NCBI GenBank assembly: GCA_964491475.1
Contig: CAZBFO010000001.1
Coordinates: 263,538-327,537 of the forward strand
DNA from: an uncultured Gammaproteobacteria bacterium
GTDB lineage: Bacteria > Patescibacteriota > Patescibacteriia > SG8-24
Length of the DNA stretch: 64,000 bases
Direction: 5' to 3'
Shown: positions 9,097 through 18,011 of the stretch, piece by piece
Layout: each line of letters begins with the position of its first letter
Position numbering within the stretch: the first letter of the stretch is position 1
Position numbers and translations under genes: made by a program
The notes under the pieces: model-generated
What the model was told of the DNA's origin: nothing
Seen by the model: only the letters and a program-made list of their open reading frames with translations
Databases searched by the model: none

Positions 9097-10485
9097 TCAC
9101 GGTTTCCGGAGGAAAAGCTTGTGCTTGGCGGTGGGTCCGACCGAGACGACGGCCACCGGCCTTCCCAAACCTTCGTCGCTCTCGAGAAAGCGGATGAACG
9201 CCTGGGCGTTCTTCGGCAGGTCTTCGAACCGGCTCACGAGATTGATGTCCTCTTTCCAACCCGGCAACGCCTGATACGTCGGACGGCACGATGCGACTCG
9301 TCCTCGCAGCAGTGCGCCCGAAGTCGTGACGTTCCCGAGCGAGCGCAGGCTCTGCGCCGCGTTCTCGTCACGGTACTCGACGCAGACGTTGACCGTTTCC
9401 AATCCCGACAGCCTGTCGAGACCGGTGACGGCCAAACCGTCGACGCCGCCGTTCATGGCGATGGCGTAGCGCAGCGCCGGAAGGTCCAGCCAACCGACGC
9501 GGAAGACCCCCTGCCAGCGGTTGTGACGGTTGTTGGCGTCGTCGAAGCGCTCGCGCAGCGACTCGTCCTCGGTGGGGAACGGTCCGTTGCCGTGCCGGTG
9601 GCCGTAGGCGCGGAGGATGCCGAGCTTGTACGGCGGGTGAACGAAGACTTCCCTGATCAGGCGGACGGCGTTTGCCGCCGTCGTGTCCGACTTGGTGACG
9701 TGCGGAACGAATCCGCGCCGCCGGTCGAGCAGCGCGCCCTGCGCCCCCTCGAAGATGACCGCGTCCCTCTCGGTGAGAGAGCGACGCAAGGCGTGCCCGT
9801 CGTCCACGCGCAGGCCGGAGTCGCGGAGAATCGCGCGGTATTGCGAGGCCATCTGCTCGGCGCTGGCCTTGTCGCCCAGCCAACCGAGCATGCGCTTCGT
9901 TTCGGCGGGATCGACGTCGAGCGCCAGGGCACCCATCTGCGCCAGCTTGACGTCCATCAGCCGCCGCAACTTGGCGACGGCAGCGGACGACAGCAAGTCG
10001 CGCACGCGCACCGACAGGCCTTCTTCGCCGTCGACGACGGTTTCGCCGACGCCCATGCCGCAGGAGCCGTTGGCTTTTGCGCCCCGGGCCATCTCGCGCA
10101 TCTGCCCGACGAACTTCTGATACGGCGTCACTACCAGGCAGTCCGGATCGACCGTCAGCCGCGACAGCGGCGAACGGACGCCCTTCAATGCCAGCGCCTC
10201 GGCTTCGGCCTCGAGCGCCTTCAGGTCCAGCAGCATGTGCCGAGACAGGAAGGTGTTCGAGGTGCGCACCAGGCTGCCCGCGCCGAACTGCGCGAAGCAA
10301 TGCCAGCGGCCGTCGGCGGTGACCACGTTGTGTCCCGCCTGCGCGCCGCCGTTGTAACGGACCACGGTCGAGGATCGGCGGCGACGCGCCAGCGCGTCGA
10401 CCACGGTCCCCTTCCCTTCGTCACCGAACCCGAGCCCGGCGACGATTACTGCCCTATGCGTTTTCATGGACCCCTCTCTTTGCAA
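9097..10485 (-). CDS. purA: adenylosuccinate synthetase
   Basis: GDEGKGT P-loop (GLGFGDEGKGTVVD) and overall PurA layout, 462 aa. Confidence 0.9.
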   Translation of the reverse strand: MQREGSMKTHRAVIVAGLGFGDEGKGTVVDALARRRRSSTVVRYNGGAQAGHNVVTADGRWHCFAQFGAGSLVRTSNTFLSRHMLLDLKALEAEAEALALKGVRSPLSRLTVDPDCLVVTPYQKFVGQMREMARGAKANGSCGMGVGETVVDGEEGLSVRVRDLLSSAAVAKLRRLMDVKLAQMGALALDVDPAETKRMLGWLGDKASAEQMASQYRAILRDSGLRVDDGHALRRSLTERDAVIFEGAQGALLDRRRGFVPHVTKSDTTAANAVRLIREVFVHPPYKLGILRAYGHRHGNGPFPTEDESLRERFDDANNRHNRWQGVFRVGWLDLPALRYAIAMNGGVDGLAVTGLDRLSGLETVNVCVEYRDENAAQSLRSLGNVTTSGALLRGRVASCRPTYQALPGWKEDINLVSRFEDLPKNAQAFIRFLESDEGLGRPVAVVSVGPTAKHKLFLRKP

Positions 10486-10573
10486 GGTGCTGCTCCCTGA
10501 TGGTCGCCGAAAACCGACCGAAAGTCAACCGTGCGCGTACGAAAAACCCGCGCCGTAAGGACGCGGGAAGTCT

Positions 10574-11569
10574 TCAGATGCGGCCGCGCTTGGTCTTCTT
10601 GCGCGAGCCCGTCGCCGGAGCGGCAGCGTCGTCGGCCGCCTCGGCCTCCGCGCGCACGCGCTTCCGGGTCTTGCGGCCCTGCGGCGCGATGGCCGTGAGC
10701 TGCTGCAGCGCCGTCCGGACCTCGGCGACGCGGTCGTCGCTCTGGGCCTTGTCTCGCTTGGTCCTCATGTCCTCGCAGTATTCGTCGAGCGTACGGCTGC
10801 CGGTCATGACGGCGAAGATGCCGAGCGTGACGTCGGCCACGGCCTTGTCGCTGTCGAGCACGATGACGCGCTCCGGACCGACCATGCCACGCCACTGTTC
10901 GACGACGCCGGACCTCTCGTTGCCGCCATGCGAGGCGTAGATCAGGAAGACGTTGCCCTGGAACTTCTCCAGGAGCTCCTTGAACACCTGCGCGGCCCCG
11001 ACGGTCTCGTGCGTACCGCCGAAGTGCCTGGCCAGATCCTCGCGATCGAGCGTCTCACGCATCGGTTCGTCGCCGGTCATCAGGAAGAACGGCGCGACCG
11101 CTTTGGGCATCTCGCAATAACGGGCGTAGAAGTAGGCGGTGAACTCGTAGGATTCGCCGCCGTTGCCGCCGCCGTTGCCTTCGAGCCAGATGCGTTCCAG
11201 CCAGCTGTCGAGCTTCCTGACCTCGGAGAAATCGCCGATCTGGATAGGCGCCTGGTCGCACTCGATGTCGCCGACAGCTGCCAGGCTGACCTCGGGATCT
11301 TTGATGTAGCCGTTCTCGACGATCTGTCCGGCGATCAGGGGCATCTTGTCGTAGATGATCTTGGGCAAGTTGCCCATCGAGCCGGTCTCGTCGAAAGCGT
11401 AGACGACGGGGTTCTCGGCCTCGCTGACCAGCTTCCTGCCCTTGGGGTCCAGACCGCTGTTCATGAACGTGCGCGAGAGCTTCTCCTCGGCCTGTCGCGA
11501 CACGCCTGCCGAGGTCGTTGCGTAACCGTCGGTCGTGTCACGGTCGTAATATGAACCTCCACCGCCCAT
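10574..11569 (-). CDS. von Willebrand factor A (vWA) domain protein with basic C-terminal tail
   Basis: MIDAS motif VYAFDETGSMG. Start moved to the MGGGG Met preceded by AAAGGAGG. C-terminal K/R-rich tail. Confidence 0.75.
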   Translation of the reverse strand: MGGGGSYYDRDTTDGYATTSAGVSRQAEEKLSRTFMNSGLDPKGRKLVSEAENPVVYAFDETGSMGNLPKIIYDKMPLIAGQIVENGYIKDPEVSLAAVGDIECDQAPIQIGDFSEVRKLDSWLERIWLEGNGGGNGGESYEFTAYFYARYCEMPKAVAPFFLMTGDEPMRETLDREDLARHFGGTHETVGAAQVFKELLEKFQGNVFLIYASHGGNERSGVVEQWRGMVGPERVIVLDSDKAVADVTLGIFAVMTGSRTLDEYCEDMRTKRDKAQSDDRVAEVRTALQQLTAIAPQGRKTRKRVRAEAEAADDAAAPATGSRKKTKRGRI

Positions 11570-11626
11570 GGTGGCCTCCTTTGCGTAGTTTGCTTCGGGC
11601 TTGCCGAAAACCATTTCGGCACCGCC

Positions 11627-11654
11627 ACTGTAGTGCTTTTCTGCCGATTGTCAA
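11627..11654 (-). promoter_or_regulatory. sigma70-like promoter for the vWA gene (TTGACA-16-TACAGT)
   Basis: Minus-strand TTGACAatcggcagaaaagcacTACAGT about 55 nt upstream of the ATG. Confidence 0.4.
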
Positions 11655-11821
11655 TGACACTCCCCGGGCCAAGGCCCGGGGTTTCTTTACCAAGCTGCTG
11701 CGGCAGCCGCCCCGCGCCGTCCCGAAGCGCCGGAGCCGGACGCGCGCCTGCCCGGACGACGCGGGTCGGGCCAGAGGAACTCCCGGGCTTACGCCCGGGG
11801 TTTTCCGGTCAATAAAAAAGA

Positions 11822-11848
11822 CGGACGAGAACCGTCCGTCTGCATTCG
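11822..11848 (-). terminator. rho-independent terminator after ndk
   Basis: gacggacggttctcgtccgtc hairpin followed by TTTTTT on the minus strand. Confidence 0.5.
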
Positions 11849-11850
11849 GG

Positions 11851-12339
11851 TCAGCGCGACAGCAGCCGCGTCAGGCCCAACCACGAGGCGATGCGTCGCC
11901 ACAGCGCCCGCCACCAGCTCTCATCGGCGCCGAAGAACCGCCGAATCTCCACTTCCGCCTCTTCGGGCTTTTCGGACGCGTGGACGACGTTCTCCACTGC
12001 GCCGTTCGGCAAGCACCTGCCGAAGCGGGCGCGCAAGGTATGCGGCGCCGCCTTGGCCGGGCTGGTGACGCCGACCAATTCGCGCACTCTTGCGACGGCT
12101 TCGGGCCCTTCGACTTCCATGATCACCACTGGCCCGCGAGTCATGTAGTTGCACAGGCCGGGAAAAAACGGCTTGTCGGCATGATGCGCGTAATGTTCGG
12201 CGACGACTTCGCGCTTAAGCACGGCCTTTCGCCGGCGGTTGATCCGCAACCCGAGGTCCGTCAGCTCGTTCGCCACCGTGGCCTCGAGGCGCTTCTCGAC
12301 GCCGTCAGGCTTGAGAATCACCAATGTTCGTTCTTCCAA
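11851..12339 (-). CDS. ndk: nucleoside diphosphate kinase with about 25-aa basic/aromatic C-terminal extension
   Basis: MEERTLVILKPDGV N-terminus, active-site NVVHASE, typical NDK length plus extension WWRALWRRIASWLGLTRLLSR. Confidence 0.85.
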   Translation of the reverse strand: MEERTLVILKPDGVEKRLEATVANELTDLGLRINRRRKAVLKREVVAEHYAHHADKPFFPGLCNYMTRGPVVIMEVEGPEAVARVRELVGVTSPAKAAPHTLRARFGRCLPNGAVENVVHASEKPEEAEVEIRRFFGADESWWRALWRRIASWLGLTRLLSR

Positions 12340-13081
12340 TGAGCACCTCCTGTCGTGCGTAGTGTTTGGCGTAGGCTGCCGCGCATTCCGACGATCGCTG
12401 GGGGCCGAATGCGGCCAGCAGAGTGCGCAGCGCCGGCCGGTCCGCGGCAGGATCGTTTCCTTCGGCGACTTCGCCCAGATCCCAGCCGACGTCCACGTAG
12501 CGCAGCGTACCGTCGGCCAGCACCATCAGGTCCGCGACGAAGTTAAGCGGACGGGCTCCCCGCGCGTCCAGGATGGCCGCTATCGCGGCCGGACCCTCGA
12601 CGTCGTGATGCGCCATCGGCGCCAACGGCCTGCCGATCAGCAGTTCCATGTAGATGGTACCGTCGTCGTGCCCGTAGACGAAGGGCGTGGGTATCCCCCA
12701 CCGCACCAGTAAACGCAGCCTTTCGACTTGCGTCACGACAGCCTTTCGCGACTGCGAAACGCCGAAGCCGGCGATAATCGCCTTCGCGTACGCGTGTCGC
12801 TCGACTGTACCGCCGCGGCCCTCGACGGTGACGCAAAACGCGGCACCGTACGATTCGCCGCCCATGCGGACGAAGGCGCTGTCCTCGCGGTAGCCGAGCA
12901 TGCGCTCGCCGGCGGCGATCACGCCGCATCCGCGAAGCGCGGCCTCGACGTCAGCGCGTGCGCCGGCGTTGCCGCTTACCGGCGTGCCGCCGATGATGGC
13001 GTGCTTACCAAGTACCTGCAGCATCTCTCCTCCGTGGCGGAACTGTAAGCGTTCAGTCCGCAAAGTCAAGCCGCGCGGCAA
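12305..13081 (-). CDS. hypothetical protein, weak resemblance to the protein-kinase-like fold (possible pseudokinase)
   Basis: 258-aa ORF. DGTIYMELL and NFVADLMVLADGTLRYVDVGWD loosely resemble APH/Kdo-kinase motifs but lack the HGD catalytic triad. Overlaps the ndk start by about 35 nt. Confidence 0.4.
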   Translation of the reverse strand: MPRGLTLRTERLQFRHGGEMLQVLGKHAIIGGTPVSGNAGARADVEAALRGCGVIAAGERMLGYREDSAFVRMGGESYGAAFCVTVEGRGGTVERHAYAKAIIAGFGVSQSRKAVVTQVERLRLLVRWGIPTPFVYGHDDGTIYMELLIGRPLAPMAHHDVEGPAAIAAILDARGARPLNFVADLMVLADGTLRYVDVGWDLGEVAEGNDPAADRPALRTLLAAFGPQRSSECAAAYAKHYARQEVLIGRTNIGDSQA

Positions 13082-13121
13082 AGAAAAATCCGCCCCCGAA
13101 CGGGGACGGATGCGTTCTCGC

Positions 13122-14948
13122 CTAGGCGGCCGCGATGGCCGACGGTGGCAGGATCTTGCGGTCGACCAACCGCGCCAGCACGCCGTCGAAGTCGCGGACC
13201 AGCCCGCGCTGCCGGATGCCGGCGATGATCTCGCCGATGTGCGGCGGGAGCAGCCTGCGCGATGAGCATTCCAGCAGGCCGGCGACGGTCATGCCGTCGA
13301 TCTCGGTCATGTTGTTGCTGGGAATGAAGTCGCGCACGGCCTCGTGCAGCGCCTCGGCATCGACTGCCTTCTTGCCTTGTTCGTCGGCGAAACGGAAGGA
13401 ACCCAGCACCACCGCCTCGATGTCCGCGCCGGACAGTCCGGCGCTGCAGTCGGCGAACTCCTTGAAGTCCTTGATGCCCGACGGCACCGCGTGCCGCTTG
13501 AACATCACCTTGAAGATGAGCGAGCGCTCGGTCTCCGAAGGCATCGGCATCAGGATGCGCTCGTCGCTGCGGCCGCTGCGCTTGAGCGCCGCGTCCATGC
13601 GGTCCGGACGGTTGGTGCAGTTGATGACGATGACCTTGCCGCGGATTCGGGGATCCGAGAGCAGTTCCATCCACATCTTCATCAGCCGTTCGGAGACGCC
13701 GGAGTCGCCCTTGAGCGAGTCGCGGCCGGCTTCGGCCAGGTCGGCCTCGTCGTTCATCACGACCACCGGCGCCAGCGAGCGCAGTCCCGCGATGAACTTC
13801 TCCATGCGGGCCTCGGACTCGCCGTTCCACATCGACCGGATGCTTTTCGTCTTCACGAAGTTGAACCCGGCCTCCTTGGCCAGCGCTTCCACGATGGCGG
13901 TCTTGCCGGTGCCGGGCGGGCCCATCAGGGTCACGCCCATCGGTACCAGCCGGTTTTCGCCCTCGCGGATGGCCTTGAGCACGCCGCGGAAGTAGGTCTT
14001 GATGTGCTCGTGGCCGCCGATGTCCTCCAGCCCGCGTTCCGGCTCGATCACTTCCATGACGTCGCCGTACTCGTTGTTGAGCATCTCGCGCTTTTTGTCC
14101 TTGACGAAGCGGAGGCTCAAAGGGGCGTCGGCTGCTTTGGCGTTCTGGAACAGCTCGGCGATCTGCCGCAGGCTCATGCCTTGGCAGGCGCGGGCCATCA
14201 CGGCGACATCGAGCCCCGACTTGCCTTTGCGGAGGCTGTCGTCGATGCGCACTTTTTCCTTGGCGCTGCGCACCGTCCAGGTGATGAATGCCGCGCGCTC
14301 GGCGTACTCGGGCTTCGGGATGAAGACCGTGCGCACCTCGCTGTCCGGCAGCCGCAGTTCCTGCGACATCTTGGAGGCCTGATCGGTGAACAGCAGCACC
14401 ACGGAGCCGTTGGCACGGACCTTGGTGCTTCGCGCCCAGATGCGGATGCGCTCCACGATGGCCCGTTCGTTGGGCGGCGGCGGAATGCCGTTGCCGGTGA
14501 ACGGCGCCACGGTATGGGCCGACTCGACAATCAGCACCGACTCATCGACGCGGCGCAGCGCCTTCTCGATCAGCGGGAAGCAGGCTTCGGGCTCGCGCGG
14601 CAGTCCGCGCTTGGCCGCCAATCCCGCCTTCGCTGCCGCGACCGCGTCGCCGCCGGAAGCCTTGGCGTCATCGATGTCCGCGACCTTGCGGAACAGCTTG
14701 TCCATTTCGGGACGCTGCGTCCACAGGCCAGGGGCGATGTTGTAATGCATCATCAGCTCGCGCTCGTCGAAGACCTTCTCGAGGAAGCGCCGGATGGGCA
14801 CGTACTCCTCTTCAGGCTCGTCGTCCGCGTCGGGATTCCGAACCAGGCAGTTGATGTCGCCGTGCACGATGAAGACCGAAGCGAGTCCGGACTTCAGCGG
14901 TCCGGCGAACTCGCGCGTGAACCACTCGGGCATTTCGTCTGCGCTCAT
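13122..14948 (-). CDS. AAA+ ATPase (classical AAA clade) with degenerate N-terminal AAA-like domain
   Basis: LMGPPGTGKT Walker A, VVVMNDEAD Walker B, SRH-like CTNRPDRMDAALKRSGRSDE. The N-terminal about 300 aa has no intact P-loop. Confidence 0.8.
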   Translation of the reverse strand: MSADEMPEWFTREFAGPLKSGLASVFIVHGDINCLVRNPDADDEPEEEYVPIRRFLEKVFDERELMMHYNIAPGLWTQRPEMDKLFRKVADIDDAKASGGDAVAAAKAGLAAKRGLPREPEACFPLIEKALRRVDESVLIVESAHTVAPFTGNGIPPPPNERAIVERIRIWARSTKVRANGSVVLLFTDQASKMSQELRLPDSEVRTVFIPKPEYAERAAFITWTVRSAKEKVRIDDSLRKGKSGLDVAVMARACQGMSLRQIAELFQNAKAADAPLSLRFVKDKKREMLNNEYGDVMEVIEPERGLEDIGGHEHIKTYFRGVLKAIREGENRLVPMGVTLMGPPGTGKTAIVEALAKEAGFNFVKTKSIRSMWNGESEARMEKFIAGLRSLAPVVVMNDEADLAEAGRDSLKGDSGVSERLMKMWMELLSDPRIRGKVIVINCTNRPDRMDAALKRSGRSDERILMPMPSETERSLIFKVMFKRHAVPSGIKDFKEFADCSAGLSGADIEAVVLGSFRFADEQGKKAVDAEALHEAVRDFIPSNNMTEIDGMTVAGLLECSSRRLLPPHIGEIIAGIRQRGLVRDFDGVLARLVDRKILPPSAIAAA

Positions 14949-14957
14949 CGGTGCTCC

Positions 14958-15638
14958 TTACTTGCGTCCATGTTGCTTGAGGAAGTGCCCGTGCACCGCC
15001 CCTTCCGGAATGGGACTGCCGCTCTGACGGGTGGACTGCACGTCTATGCGCACGCCCAACCGTTGCGACAGCGCCAGGAACTTGTCGCGCATGGCGTCGA
15101 CCTCCTTCTTGGAGGCGAAGTGCTCGAACAGCATCGTCGTCTCCGCTCCCGGGTCGAGCGTGACGCGCAGGTACTCGTGCACCTGCGACGTCCCGTGCTT
15201 CTCCCCCTCGAGCATCAGCACCTCGCGCCCGTCGACCTTGCTGACGGTGACTTGCGTCTCGAAGTCGAGCAGCTTGGCCACGATGGCCAGCACCTCGACC
15301 TGCCAGCGCCGGGACACCTTGTCGACGGCCTTTTCGACGCGCCGCTTTTCGGTGTCGTTGCGGCAGGTGGCGTCGACGGTCAGGCCGCCGGCGTCGACGC
15401 CAAAGCGCGCGCCCGGCACCTGACCCTTCTGCGCCAGTGCGGCATCGAGCGCCTGCTGCAGCAACGGCCCGATATCCAGCTCGCCGATCCATTCGACGAA
15501 GGCCCGGTCATCCTGACCGATCAGCTGCAGCAGCTCCGCGTCGACTTGCGGCGCGGCGTAACGCTTCTTGAGCGTCATCGGTTGCGGCACGGGAACGTCC
15601 ACGCGCGAGTAGCTCTTGAAGCCGAGATCGCAAGGCAT
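14958..15638 (-). CDS. hypothetical protein, 10 nt upstream of and co-oriented with the AAA ATPase
   Basis: 226-aa ORF with good GC3; no recognisable domain. Confidence 0.5.
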   Translation of the reverse strand: MPCDLGFKSYSRVDVPVPQPMTLKKRYAAPQVDAELLQLIGQDDRAFVEWIGELDIGPLLQQALDAALAQKGQVPGARFGVDAGGLTVDATCRNDTEKRRVEKAVDKVSRRWQVEVLAIVAKLLDFETQVTVSKVDGREVLMLEGEKHGTSQVHEYLRVTLDPGAETTMLFEHFASKKEVDAMRDKFLALSQRLGVRIDVQSTRQSGSPIPEGAVHGHFLKQHGRK

Positions 15639-15711
15639 GCGGAACTCCTTTGTGATTGACTGTGCAATGGGAAGGAACAGCGCTGTAAACCTACATTTTT
15701 CCTACGGAAAG

Positions 15712-16012
15712 TCAATCGCCTCCCGTCGCTGAAAAAAGGCTATTCAACTTGGCCAGCGTCCGCTTTCCCGCATAACCCGGCTCGCCCGTTATGCCGTATC
15801 GTTTCTGAAAGGCGGCCAACGCCGACGAAGTGCACCTGCCGAAGCCGCCTCCGCGCGGGCAGTCATGCCTGTTCTTTCCCGTGGGCGGAAACAGGCCGTC
15901 GGCGGCCAGCCGACGGCACCGGTTCGACGCGGCGCTGCAACGGCAAATATGTCCCGCCAAGAATGCCGGCGGACAGGAGCAGCGCGCCGATGATGGTGCT
16001 TTCCTTCTTCAT
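15712..16012 (-). pseudogene. possible frameshifted small secreted protein with C-terminal peptidoglycan-binding-like domain
   Basis: TATAGT box plus ATG at about 16012 opens a 48-codon signal-peptide ORF (MKKESTIIGALLLSAGILGGTYLPLQ...) that stops at about 15866. A different frame (track ORF 15712..15960) encodes ...LAAFQKRYGITGEPGYAGKRTLAKLNSLF, resembling PG_binding_1. Confidence 0.35.
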
Positions 16013-16048
16013 GGAAAGCTCGAACTCACTATACCATCTCCGACAGAC

Positions 16049-16080
16049 GAAAAACGGGCGTGCAGAGCGCCCGTTTTTCT
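16049..16080. terminator. bidirectional rho-independent terminator (downstream of the FN3-repeat gene)
   Basis: acgggcg-tgcagag-cgcccgt hairpin flanked by an A-run and a T-run. Confidence 0.5.
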
Positions 16081-16099
16081 TTCGCGTTTTTCGTTTTGG

Positions 16100-17389
16100 T
16101 TAGGGAGCCGTGGTGACGGTCGCGACGTTGGAAATCGCGGCGACGTTGGCGGCGTTGTCGGTGGCCTTGATGGCGAAGTAGTAGGCGGTGTTGGCGGTCA
16201 GGCCGGAAACCGTCATCGACTGCACCGTGCCCGCGACGGCCGGAGCCGGCTCGCCGGTCACTGCGGCAGCGGAACCGAAGTTGGCGGCGGTGATGACCGA
16301 GGTCGAGTAGCGGACGTCGTACGAGCTGGCCGTACCGACGTTGCCGTCGTCGCCGGGAGCGCTCCAGTTGAGGTTCACGGCAGACGAGGTGACGTTCGAA
16401 AGCGACAGGTCGGAAACGGCGGCGGGAGCGATGGTGTCCGCGGCAGCCATCGTGGCGGTACTGACGACGTTGGACAGCGCCGAGAGGTTGGCAGCGTCAT
16501 CCGAAGACTTGATGGCAAAGTAGTAGGTGGTGCTCGATGCGAGACCGGAAACGGTCATCGACTGCGAGGTGCCGGCGGCGGACGGAACCGGCTCGCCGAT
16601 GACTGCGGCTGCCGAGGCGAAGTTCGCGTCAGTGATTGCCGAGGTCGAGTAGCGGACGTCGTACGAAGCGACCGTGCCCATGGAGGCGTCGTCACCCGAG
16701 GAGGTCCAGTTGAGAATCACCGAGGACGAAGTGACGCCGGAGAGCGAAAGGTCGGTGATGGCACCGGGAAGGATCGTGTCCGAAGCCGGAGGAACGGTCG
16801 TACCGCAAGCGGCGGTGGCGGCTTGCAGGTCGGCAATCGCCTTGGCCCTGGCGGCATCCTTAGCCGAGGCGGCCGCTTCCTTGGCCGAAGCCCACGCGGC
16901 GCGAGTCGACCTCACCGAAAAGCCCCAGGCCTTGTTCGCCGACTTCCTGGCCGACAGGTAGGCCGACCAGGCGGTCGCGCCCTTGTCGCTGGCAAGGAAG
17001 GTGGCGCGCGCCGAGAGGCGAGCGCTCGTACGCGTCTGGGTGGCGGCAGCAACCGCGTTCAGATAAGCGGTGCGAGCCGTCGCCAAGGCGTCATTGTAGG
17101 CGTCCTCGGCCAAAGTCATGGCGTTCTTCTTGGCGGTTTTGGCGGCATCGAGGCAGGCGGAGTCGGAGTCGGAGTCGGAATCAGAAGACTCGTCGTCCGA
17201 ACCATGCAGGAACCAGCCCAAGTGCAGGCCGCGATCCTCATGTTCGCCCTCGCCCTCTTCCGAGGACTGGTGTTTGTCTTTTCCATTACCGTGACCACGG
17301 CCCTCGCCGTTGCCGTGGGCATAGGCCGGGATGGCCATCGTGGCGAACAACAGCGCCGAAGCCGTCGCCTGCATCAGACGATTACGCAT
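16100..17389 (-). CDS. secreted protein with His/Gly/acidic N-terminal region, (DS)n run and two tandem fibronectin-III-like repeats
   Basis: Signal peptide MRNRLMQATASALLFATMAIPAYA. Two repeats of about 105 aa (DLSLSxVTSSxVxLNW...SYDVRYSTS...YYFAIKxxDxAAN). SDSDSDSDS stretch. Confidence 0.7.
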   Translation of the reverse strand: MRNRLMQATASALLFATMAIPAYAHGNGEGRGHGNGKDKHQSSEEGEGEHEDRGLHLGWFLHGSDDESSDSDSDSDSACLDAAKTAKKNAMTLAEDAYNDALATARTAYLNAVAAATQTRTSARLSARATFLASDKGATAWSAYLSARKSANKAWGFSVRSTRAAWASAKEAAASAKDAARAKAIADLQAATAACGTTVPPASDTILPGAITDLSLSGVTSSSVILNWTSSGDDASMGTVASYDVRYSTSAITDANFASAAAVIGEPVPSAAGTSQSMTVSGLASSTTYYFAIKSSDDAANLSALSNVVSTATMAAADTIAPAAVSDLSLSNVTSSAVNLNWSAPGDDGNVGTASSYDVRYSTSVITAANFGSAAAVTGEPAPAVAGTVQSMTVSGLTANTAYYFAIKATDNAANVAAISNVATVTTAP

Positions 17390-17554
17390 AAAAATGAGGC
17401 TAATCGATTAAGTTACGCCTAGTTTGACGGCCATATCGGCCGCTTCTTACTAGCCGATTCCCCTCTTCTTGCGCAAAACGTTTTTTTCTTGCATGCTGAC
17501 CGGTGCAAATCGAAAAGCGCTCCTTGACCGAAAACCCCAAAACGGAGAGTACCG

Positions 17555-17905
17555 ATGTCACAGTCGAATCTGCCGCCCAACCGCGAAGGGCGGCCCCGCG
17601 AACCGTCGCTCGAGAACGTCCGCGTCAGCGTCCTGACCGATCCGCAGCGCAAACCCGGCGGCAAAGAGTACGCCCAACGCGTCGCGCGCCAGCTCAAAGG
17701 CGAGGTGGAGTCGGCCATCACGGCCGCAGCGCCGTCCGGACTGCGCGCCCAGTTCGCGGCCGTACAGGAGATGATCAAAAGCGCCTTGCAGAAGATCGAT
17801 CCCAACGCCGTCGACTCCGTCAAAGTGCTCATCCAGGCCGAACAAGGCGATGCCCGGCACCACCGCGAGTACTACGCCACGCCGCAACGGACGCTCGGTT
17901 ACTGA
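17555..17905 (+). CDS. hypothetical small protein
   Basis: 116-aa ORF with ACGGAGAG SD-like sequence upstream; no motif. Confidence 0.45.
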   Translation: MSQSNLPPNREGRPREPSLENVRVSVLTDPQRKPGGKEYAQRVARQLKGEVESAITAAAPSGLRAQFAAVQEMIKSALQKIDPNAVDSVKVLIQAEQGDARHHREYYATPQRTLGY

Positions 17906-18011
17906 CCCCCGTTCCCCGATGCTCATCGGGGAATTTTTATTAGTACTTTGGCCGAAAAATCAGGCGCAGGCGGGTTTGACGCTGCGACTGAACCCGTGAG
18001 ATAGTATCGGC

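Noticed and set aside
9088-10500. 470-aa plus-strand ORF
   Set aside because: Antisense shadow of purA; the GDEGKG P-loop is on the minus strand and the plus frame has no motifs and Arg/Ala/Val-heavy low-complexity composition.
12543-12929. 128-aa Arg-rich minus-strand ORF and several other 60-120-aa Arg/Pro-rich ORFs throughout
   Set aside because: Alternative-frame artefacts inside better-supported genes; composition is typical of out-of-frame translation of GC-rich DNA.
13344-15659. 771-aa plus-strand ORF
   Set aside because: Antisense to the AAA ATPase and its partner gene, whose Walker A, Walker B and SRH motifs are all on the minus strand.
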